The translations under genes and the position numbers were made by a program. A DNA stretch of 64,000 nt, from assembly GCA_030704615.1 (NCBI GenBank), contig CM060732.1, positions 9,300,001 through 9,364,000 of the forward strand, given 5' to 3'. Of the stretch, positions 35,716 through 44,707 are shown piece after piece. This stretch comes from Takakia lepidozioides. Lineage: Eukaryota; Plantae; Bryophyta. The notes under the pieces are model-generated. The model had not been told where the DNA came from, did no database searches, and was given only the letters and a program-made list of their open reading frames with translations. Within the stretch, counting starts at the first letter, position 1, and every line of letters starts with the position of its first letter.

Positions 35716-38700
35716 ATGCCGAAGGGGAGGAAGCAGATGCGTCTACAGGAGGAGATTGCCATCTCCGAGCAGCAGGCCACTCAGGCAACCCAGCCACCAG
35801 TGAGAGCTCCATGCGATCGGGCTGCGCGCAGCTGATCGAGCACCGAACCCCCCATTTTGCTTCTGTAATTCTTAGACTGAATGCTAGGAGACTTGAATGC
35901 AGAACATGTTTGCATGCCTAACAGGAAAGGTGGACGTGCTGGAGGGATCGCAGGAATCCGAAGAGCCGCAGGAAGAGTCCGAGGAGCTAGCTGCAGCACG
36001 TACACCCACCCGATCCCCGAGCGCGGGTATTCCTGCCGGGCCTAGCCCTCTGCGATTCAAAGACGCGTCTTCGAAGGGCAAGTTCAAAGTCCCAGAGATC
36101 GACTCGCGTTCTTCGGTCATGGAGAATCGCCAGCAGGGGTCGGGCCCTTCTCCAGCAAAGTCGAAGAAGAAGCAGCCCGTCCCTCTACTGGCTTCTGAAC
36201 CGGCTCAGGCCGATTCACCCCCCCCAACGCGAATGAAGCAGCAGGGTAGAAGACAGATTCAATTGCAGCAGACACCTTCACCTGCAAGGATGAGGAAGCA
36301 GAAGGCAATCAGGGCGACGGGCGAACAATCTCCCGCAAAACCGCTTCCACGAGCTGAAGCTCAGTTCCTGGAGGATTTCCCGCCTGCAGATGTTGGGGCC
36401 GACTCTGCTGCAGCGAAGGCAATGGGATCGACCGTTGATCTCGATTTGGTACCGGAGGAGGGTGCTGCCGCTCAACGTTCGCAGCAAGACCTCACCACCG
36501 ATGAGCAAGCAGGCCCGGAGGAGGCCTCTGCAATGGCAGAATTGCCCGCAGACAGGCCCCAGAGTGCAGCTCCAGTTGAGGATGCTCCAGCTGCTCAGCC
36601 ACTACCGGCACCTACAGACATGTCTCCGGAGGATTTCAAAAGTGCAGCGGATAAAATGTTGGAGGAGACACACAGTAGCATTGGCAGAGTTCTGGGCAGC
36701 AGGGTATTCCAGCGGACTCTTCGAATCCCACTCTGTCGCATGGTCTCCCTTCCCATCGTCAGGCAGGCCCTTCCCGGAGATGTGGATAAGCTCAAGTTCG
36801 CATTTCGAGAAGGGTACCGTCTGGGATCGGCAGCGTTTTACGTTTCCATTGAGAATGAGGACGGCGAAACTCGTGGACCCACTGCCGATGAATTGTCAAC
36901 GTGGGATACCCACTGGCACACTCGCAACCACGAATTCGAGGCGACGCTGAAGGGTGATCCCGACTTCGGCCATATGTCGGGTAAAATGTTCTTTGTGTGG
37001 GACGGGAATCACCGACTTCTCGCCTGGTGGGAGTACATCAAGCAGAACCATGCCAAGCACATTGGCTGGCATTACATGGTGGAGTGTGTCATCCTCAAGG
37101 TGAAGGCGGCAGACTCCTCCCTGCTCAAGAATGCCATGGCGGACCTCAACTCGTAAGATACTCATACCCTCCCTAGCACGTTCGAAATGCGGTGCCGCAT
37201 TTCGGTTTCCATTCTGGTTTGTTTCCGTGCTTCCGTGTACTGAACTGGAGAGTGTGCCTTGCAGGGTCACTGAAAATGCGTACGTGCATACCCACATGGC
37301 ACACATGCTGTACAGGGTGAGGAAAACTGGTCTCACTGATCCGCAGATGTTTGCGGAAATGCTGGAGCCCGAGCTCATTCAGAAAGCCGTTGCAAAAACA
37401 GACCGGACATGGTATCGTCTCACTATGGATGGAATGGTGGAGGTGATATACGAAGTAAGTCGTCCTCCAATTTCCCTCTGCTCATCCTTCCCCAATTTTC
37501 AGTAATGTTTCCACATGAATCGAATGTAACGCTTCTGCATGTTTTTGTTGGCAGTCAAACATCAAGCTGGATTTGGCCCATGCCAAACGCTTCTTCATGG
37601 AAAGTGAGGGGCAGGTCAAAACGTTGCAGTCATTGACTGAGCACTTGAAGGAAGCCGGTGTCAAGTCCAGAACCAAATACAAGTCAAAGCTTGTGAAGCT
37701 GGTGGCAATTGCAGATCCGGCACTTGGAAAGGACTTCATCCCCGAGATTGCAAAACACTATTCTCGGGCCATGCAGCCGACCATGCAATTGGAGAAACTG
37801 CATCACCTCTCAACGGCATGTGTGGAGGCGAAAGAGAAGGTGAGGTTTCAATGCACTGAAGTTCCTTCCTAGCAATAGCCACTCTCTTCCAGCTCCTGAC
37901 ATTGGATCGGAAATGGCAGACACGGTGGCTGTCGATCTGGAATGCATCCGAGAGCATAAGGACAATGTGGTCTTTTCCACTCGAAGTTTCCGACCCTGCA
38001 GTGGATGTGTGGCTCAACCGCATGACTTGGTGGTTCCAGGTAATTCAAGGTACTTCCCCAGATTTGCTTTTCTGAAATGAATTCCCTGAACTGCTACGTG
38101 ACAATGCATTTGGGAATCGCAGGTAATGTCGAATGCGAAGGAGCAAGTCGTAATGCACACAAATTCGTTCGGCTTGTACGTCAAATGGGATGGAACACAG
38201 ACATTGGAAGACTACGTGACACGTTTCAGATGTGCGTACAAGGACAACCTTTTCGCCAGAGAGCTACAGACAGCAAGAAGGAGCGTGGAGTTTACACATC
38301 AGGAGGGAGCGGGGAAAGCTGCAATGCGAATTGTTTACAGGTGAAGCACAGCTGCCCTTGTATGCGAAGCCTGGTTACGAGGTTTGTCTCGGAAATGCGG
38401 CACCGCATTCGCATTTTATGTTTTCGGTGGCACTCTGCCAGTAGGTTGGTCTCAACTTTTGCTCACGCATGCTGACTGCCTTGCAGGTATATGAAATACG
38501 TGCTCCTTCAGACAGGGGCCCTGGCTCAAGAGCCCCCGTTCTTCATGGCTTGGACCGTGGCGGGCCCAAGCTGTGTCTACACACCCGAGATGCAGAAACA
38601 ATGGCATCCCGCGCATCTCGTTGGATGCCCGTGGTACCTGGACATGTCTGAGAAAGATCTGCACGCCTTGGCAGAAGAGAAGAGAAAGGAAAGACGTGTC

Positions 38701-40819
38701 CCTGCTGGGCCAAAGTCGGCAAAGGAATCTGCTGCTCTGGAAGAATCCAGAAAGGCAGCTGAGATGGCACAAAAGACGGTGGATGCAGCTGTGCAGGCCC
38801 AACAGAAGGGGTCGAAGAAGAGGACTCGCCAGCAAGGAGCAGCTGTTGTGACACCCGCCAAAACGAAGAAGCAGAAACAGCCTGTTCAGGAAGAGGGTGA
38901 GGAAGAGGACTCCGATGGAGACTTTGCAACCAGCCCACCCCCCCAAACGCAGGCTGCCTCCCCTGTGCCCACCGTTGTCACGAGAGGCACGAGAACTGGC
39001 TCGGCAAAGAAGGCACTCTTCAACCCCCCAGGGGGGCACCCTTTCGAGCCGGTGGAAATGAAGAGGCCGAAAGTGGCTCCCGAAACTGTAGTCCAGTGTG
39101 TAAATGAGAGTTTCTTGGCGGCTTTGGATGGACGGGCAGCCAAGTTGGCATACATGAAGACCATGGAGGGTCTGAAGGGCAGAGCACTGAAGAAGGCGAC
39201 TGCCGAAGAGCCTTCCGACACCCCAGGATTTCAGAATATGGTCTCGTTCTTTGAGAGGGTGTGTGCAGACAAGGATTGTAGGAGGGGCGGAAATGCCACC
39301 GAGTGGTCTTGCGATATGATCATCTTGGATATTCCGGACGGAGAGCCTGTGGAAGGACTGCAAGCTTTGCCATCTTGGAACAGGTACTCGGAGGACTTTT
39401 GGAAGAAAGGATTCGGGCTTGCCCGCATGGTGTTGGACGACAGAGGCTGTGTGGTTGTCCTGGCGAGCAGAGGAAAAAACACTCAGACAGGAATTGCGAA
39501 GTGGACCCGCAAGAGCGCCGTCCCGATTCTGAAAAAGAAGTGGACGTGCATCAACACACTGGGCCTTCGGTCGGAAGGGAAGAAGGTGATTACGACACTG
39601 GCACTCGTCCATTCATTTGCTTGGGTGTTTTCAAATGCGGTGCCGCATTCGGTTTCTAATCGTTTTCCCCCTGTGTATGCAGACGAAGCAGTTCGATGCA
39701 TACTGCTTTGTGAAGGAGAACTCCACCTTTGCTTTCCGGAAGGAGGGAGGAAAGGTTGACCCGAACTGCGACCCACTCGATTACGACGTTCTGTTCAACA
39801 ACGTTCCCAAGGAACTTCTCCCTCATAGCCTCACTTCAACGGAACCCCTGCGGTACTCACGGACTCGGAGCCCTGCCTTCATTCAGACAATTATGGAGAC
39901 ATGCACAGACGTGGAGGGCACAGTGCTCGACCTCATCTGTGGGACAGGTATGCAGAATCTTGATCTCTGCTGTTCTGCAAATTCTCGTTAGGATGTAGTT
40001 CGCAACATCTGAAGCGCCATGTGGTAATGTGTGGATGGCATTGTAACAGGTGCCTCAATGTGGGCTGGGCGGTTTTCCGACCGGCACCTCTTTGCCTACG
40101 AGGAGGATTCATCCGTGTGGGGATCCCATCTGGAGGGGCTGCAACGGAATGTGAAGGCTCCCGACAGAGCGGAAGTCTCCTCGGATTCGTCGGAGTCCGA
40201 GGAAGACACAGTGGACATTGATGCGGAGGAGAACCCGGAATACGAGTGAGTGCAAACATTGTAAGTTTGCAAAGCCTTCTGGGTCATTTATGTCAAACGA
40301 ATTTCCCGACTGTGGTTCTCATTAGTCTCGTTGATGATTGTCATGTGCAGGATTGCAGGGTCCGGGTCGAAACATGTAGGGCCTACACTTCCTGCCAGGA
40401 AGAATGTCCCGTTCTTTGCGAGGGCCGATTTCATGACGAGCCCGGTGAGGGACTACTCCCTTCCTAGTTATGCAGCTAAACTCGCAAATACAGCGATTAG
40501 AAGAAGTGAGAATCCCAGTAAAGTAGAGCAGATTTTGGAGAGGGCTAGGGAGGACAGAAGGATAAGGAAAGAGTTGGCAGCAGCTCAGACAGGTAGACGG
40601 GTACGAAAGTACATATGTGATTCAGCGGATGAGAGCGACGCAGACAGGGAGGAAGACGACCCAACGGAGGTGAGATGGACAGTTCCGCAAGGGGAAGATG
40701 GGATTTTCGAAAGCCTGGCCAACGAGCAGTCCGCTGGAGATGAGAGAGGCACTGAGGGGGTGGAGGAGGAGCAGGACAGTCTAGAACAGGATGAGGATTC
40801 GGATGATTTTCAAGATTAA
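35716..40819 (+). CDS. ParB/Srx-like domain fused to a beta-class N6/N4 DNA methyltransferase-like domain, ~1390 aa, 10 exons
   Basis: Exons 35716-35799, 35903(or 35930)-37152, 37265-37454, 37555-37839, 37920-38039, 38123-38340, 38487-39585, 39683-39947, 40050-40245, 40351-40819; all introns GT-AG; sum 4176 nt in frame without stops. VWDGNHRLLAW at 37001; DMIILDIPDG at 39328; LARMVLDDRGCVVV; VLDLICGTG|ASMWAGRFSDRHLFAYEED. Confidence 0.8.
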
Positions 40820-40954
40820 TAGAATTTTAATGAAGTCTCTGTAAATGTAAATTCTCTTCCAGAGTATATAAAGGAAATTCTGCCCGACATTCGTGACCCC
40901 TCTCCAGTGTGCATTCCAGCCACACAATCGCCCAAACCACGACGCTCCCAAAAT

Positions 40955-41760
40955 CAGAAATGGGGCACCGCATTTCCAAAACAGGGGAACTCTAAGAACC
41001 TCTTTTGGAAATGCGGCACCGCATTTCCAAAACAGGGGAGGGACTAAATTTTCCATTTCAATGTTGGCATAGTAAAAAGTAATCTGAATTGGAAATGCGG
41101 TGCCGCATTTCCAAAATTTCCTTTGTCCACACGCCAGTTTTGGCCTCTCCCGCTCATTGCATGGATGCCACCACGCTTACAGAGGTCGAACAACGAGGTC
41201 GAACAAGGAGGTCGACATGGCGGGATTGAAAATGCGGTGCCGCATTTCAGTATTGGGGATGGTCGTTGTTCGAACTGCAGGCCCATCAGCAAAAAATTGG
41301 CACCGCATTCCATTGTTAAAAAAAAGTCGATGACGGACATGGAAATGCGGCGCCGCATTTCCAGAACGGACATCGCAATTTGTCCATTTGCAGACCCTCT
41401 CTCGGAAATGCGGTAACGCATTCCATCGCGCTGGTCGGAAATGTCACACTTTTCGAAGTGTTGTACGGAAATGCGGCACCGCATTCCCTTGTCCAAAAAG
41501 AAGTTTCCATTGCCAAGCTGGAAATGCGTCGCCGCATTTGCAATGCCAACCTCGTTTTCTGATCAATTTATAGACCCGTGTTGGTATTTCGTGTACCTGG
41601 ACGGAAATGATGCACCGCATTTTCTTGTCCCACATGGAAATGCGGGGCCGCATTTCGGTCCCGACATGGAAATGCGGCGCCGCATTTCGGTGCCGACATG
41701 GAAATGCGGCGCCGCATTTCGATGGCGACATGGAAATGCGGTGCCGCATTTCGATGTCCG
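40955..41760. repeat. Second B-type palindrome array, downstream of ParB-MTase
   Basis: More than a dozen GAAATGCGG-YR-CCGCATTTC copies; the last four are spaced exactly 32 bp apart. Confidence 0.9.
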
Positions 41761-42009
41761 ACATGGCGTTACTCTGGTATATTCTTGACACATGACTCAC
41801 ATACCGGTTACTCTGCTATATTCATCCGGACAGACACATTGTAGAAATGAGACATCAAATTGTAAACAGTGGGCCAATTCCGACAGTTATTCAACACAAT
41901 GAAACACAATCATACAGAAGTGAGGTACGATGGGTTTATTGATCGGACACGATGTCTCACATTTACCAACTGCAGACAAAACTAAGCCCTTCCTCCTTCT
42001 ACATGGGCT

Positions 42010-42588
42010 TCACCAAGTCGACGGAACTTCGATACCCCTCAAAACAAGCTCATCACTGCTGCGGCACCTCGAGGTAAACTGCAATTCGGTCGTTCTGCTG
42101 CCCTTGCTGGAGCCGACGACAATGTCATGTCCATCAATGATACCACCATCATACATTGACAAGGTCACTGTGGGCCTCATGTGCCCGTGCGATTCGTCTT
42201 CGCAACGCAGCCGAATGTCTCCATACACTGGAAGAGCGGAGTGATCTGCACGTATATAGTTTTCCCCGGTGCCGTCCTCCCTGGTCCACTGGCAGCAGTT
42301 CCAGCGCCAAAGCGAGGCCGTGCGTGATCTATCCGGCATCCCTTTCCAGCTTGGTATATCGAGGTCAACAATTTTCAGGACCCACGGACCGCATTGACCC
42401 TCGCCCTCACCTCGCTCAAAGCGGTAATAGCCCTCCAGATACTCCATTGCGCGCAAAGACTCTTGCTTGATTCCAGCAGCGTCTGTGAAAACAGAGAGCC
42501 AGACAATGATGTCTCCTGATTCTGGTTTGAACATAGCATAATCGTGGCCATGATAAGGGCAGTCGGCTGGATTTCGGCGGCACGGCAT
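42010..42588 (-). CDS. Uncharacterised ~192-aa protein (orphan family, WNCCxWT motif)
   Basis: Open single-exon ORF homologous to 43139-43702 and 53653-54204. Confidence 0.75.
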   Translation of the reverse strand: MPCRRNPADCPYHGHDYAMFKPESGDIIVWLSVFTDAAGIKQESLRAMEYLEGYYRFERGEGEGQCGPWVLKIVDLDIPSWKGMPDRSRTASLWRWNCCQWTREDGTGENYIRADHSALPVYGDIRLRCEDESHGHMRPTVTLSMYDGGIIDGHDIVVGSSKGSRTTELQFTSRCRSSDELVLRGIEVPSTW

Positions 42589-43138
42589 CCTTGAAAAAGA
42601 GTAGCGGAGTACGCTCAATGACAGCAGCTCCCGGATGGAGGAGGAGCAGCGCGGTGGCTGGAAAAAGTTCAAGCTAACGCTGCAATTCCTCACAAACACT
42701 CCAGGGCACATTTAAATTTCCCCCCTACAGGATCCTGGACCGATGAAGATTGGCTGCTGCATGAATGTAGCCGTTTCAGTTTCCTACCCTGCCATGCAAA
42801 CTATGGGCAGTCACTGCCAGGTGGGCCGATAGCCACTGGACACGACGAAGTCCATCCCCTCTTCGATGTAAATGCGGCGCCGAATTTCCATCCGGGGGGA
42901 TGGACTTCGGTGGCAGATCTCAAACTATAACTTGTTGATGAGAAAGATATATGGCTTCATCCACCGCTGGCGTGATGAACACGTTCCACCTCCGTCGGTG
43001 GGTACGTGTGACCCAGATGCTCCATTATTGGAGGCCGGACTGCTCTTCCGCTTCGTATCATTTCCAAAATCTAAGGGCTTCGTAGCTGTCCGCAAGGTCA
43101 TCGGCATCCAAGTCGTCCTCAGGTCCTCCTTTGCAAGG

Positions 43139-43702
43139 ATGCCGTGCTTCCGGAACCGGGACGACTGCCCCTTTGGAGGCATCGATTATGCAATGTATTC
43201 GGCCACATCGGGAGACATTGTTATCTGGTACACAGATTACACAGAAGATACTGGTTCGATTGTGGAAACATTGGTGGCTTTTGAGTATATCGTAGGCCAC
43301 TACGCCTTCGAGCGGGGTGACGATCTTGGTTTGAGGAGTCCGTGGCTCCTGCGCATCCTCGATTCCGATTTTCCCAGCTACGACGGTCACCCATGCAGAA
43401 GAAGGCGCACTGCTATGCTGTTGCGGTGGAACTGCTGCCACTGGACGTGGGTGGACTCCATCGGAGAGACCTATTCTCCTCGAGGAGTGCGCTCCTCTTC
43501 TCCATTGTATGGGGACATTCGCATTGGTGTGGACGACGAAAATGTGAAGATTTCCATATTCGATGGTGGTATGATTGAAGGGCAGGACATTGTGGTGAAC
43601 ATCACTAGGGGCGGTACAACGGCTGCAATCGACTTTACATGGAGGAGCCCCAGGACTCATGAGCTAGTTCTGAGAGCAGTCGAAGTCCCATTGACAACGT
43701 GA
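43139..43702 (+). CDS. Uncharacterised ~187-aa protein (orphan family paralogue)
   Basis: MPCxRNxxDCP...SGDI...WLLRILDSDFP...WNCCHWT...YGDIR...DGGMIEGQDIVV shared with the divergent neighbour. Confidence 0.75.
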   Translation: MPCFRNRDDCPFGGIDYAMYSATSGDIVIWYTDYTEDTGSIVETLVAFEYIVGHYAFERGDDLGLRSPWLLRILDSDFPSYDGHPCRRRRTAMLLRWNCCHWTWVDSIGETYSPRGVRSSSPLYGDIRIGVDDENVKISIFDGGMIEGQDIVVNITRGGTTAAIDFTWRSPRTHELVLRAVEVPLTT

Positions 43703-44178
43703 CTTGTATTCAGTAGGCACAGGGCTCAAGATTTGAGGGCACAATCAGCACAGTAGACGTGCTTCAAATGCAATTCATGTGGATCAATAAAAACCTCATT
43801 GTGCCCTCTTTTTATTCTATTCTGTGTCCATCGTTCCGAGAATGCGTCATTGCTCATTTCGTTTGGGATTGGGAGTGTGGGTGAATTTTGCAAATGGCTG
43901 GTAGGCTGAAATGGGCCCCCATTGTACAGAGCAGTACCACCCTACCATTCGCGAAACATTGCCTTTCAATATATAATTCTAAATAACATTGCCGAACCTC
44001 CTTCATCGGGAGGTCCTTCTCCCCCTATGACCGTGGCACCCTAAACCCTATTCCCGCGGACACTCATTTCTGGAAAATAGTGCTGCTCATGTTTTTTTCC
44101 ACACTTACGACTCTGCTCATGGCTCATGCCGCTCATGGCTCATGGCTCATGAAATAGCAGCCCCCCTAGGGGGGCGAT

Positions 44179-44707
44179 TGTGGTAGACTATTTTATTGTC
44201 CATATATGTGTGGTGTAGTTTGGACATCGATGTAGTTGTGTAGCGATACGTATGCGCACGACAGCTGTCAAGTTAAATAAACACAGTGTGAAACTAACTA
44301 GAATAAAGCTAGTTATTTGTATTTAACACTTGGATTTAGTTCAGTGTTAAGTCAGATGTCAAGTTTAGCTTGACACATGAACCATCTTATCTTCACGAGA
44401 GCGTCAGTCGTGCGGCTCATCTCTCTCGATTTGAGCCTGCACAACCGAGCTCCTTCACTGCTTAGAATCTGAGTGTGCTTATGAAGGGAGAATAGGATGT
44501 TGTGGGGTGGAGTCCCCATAGCTTGGGGTGCCCCTGGCTCGACTCTTAGTTTAACGAGTGATGGTGTTGTATTTCATGTCCTTGTGTCAACAGTGTGAAT
44601 TTAGTTTACATATCACTCGTATTGTGGCAGACTAATTTATTGTCCATATATGTGTGGTGTAGTTTGGACAGCGATGTAGTTGTGTAGCGATACGTATGCG
44701 CACGACA
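44179..44707 (+). mobile_element. 3' LTR of the Gypsy element interrupted by copy B
   Basis: Starts TG immediately after purine tract agggggg-cgat and ends CA; carries 85-bp direct repeats at 44179-44263 and 44623-44707. Confidence 0.65.

Larger units (their letters stand above)
28447..44165. mobile_element. Copy B: apparently intact 15.7-kb Mutator-like element carrying ParB-MTase and two small orphan genes
   Basis: Imperfect ~21-bp TIRs (GAGGTTTACTATTTCATGAGC / GGGGGCTGCTATTTCATGAGC); CATGAGC subterminal repeats; TSD CTAGGGGG at 28439-28446 and 44166-44173 (G-run leaves 1-2 bp ambiguity). Confidence 0.88.

Noticed and set aside
38452-39612. 386-aa minus-strand ORF
   Set aside because: Antisense shadow of exon 7; no counterpart in copies D or E.
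35716-40819. Bacterial or phage contamination as the source of ParB-MTase
   Set aside because: Nine spliceosomal introns with positions largely conserved across copies, embedded in a TSD-flanked eukaryotic transposon.
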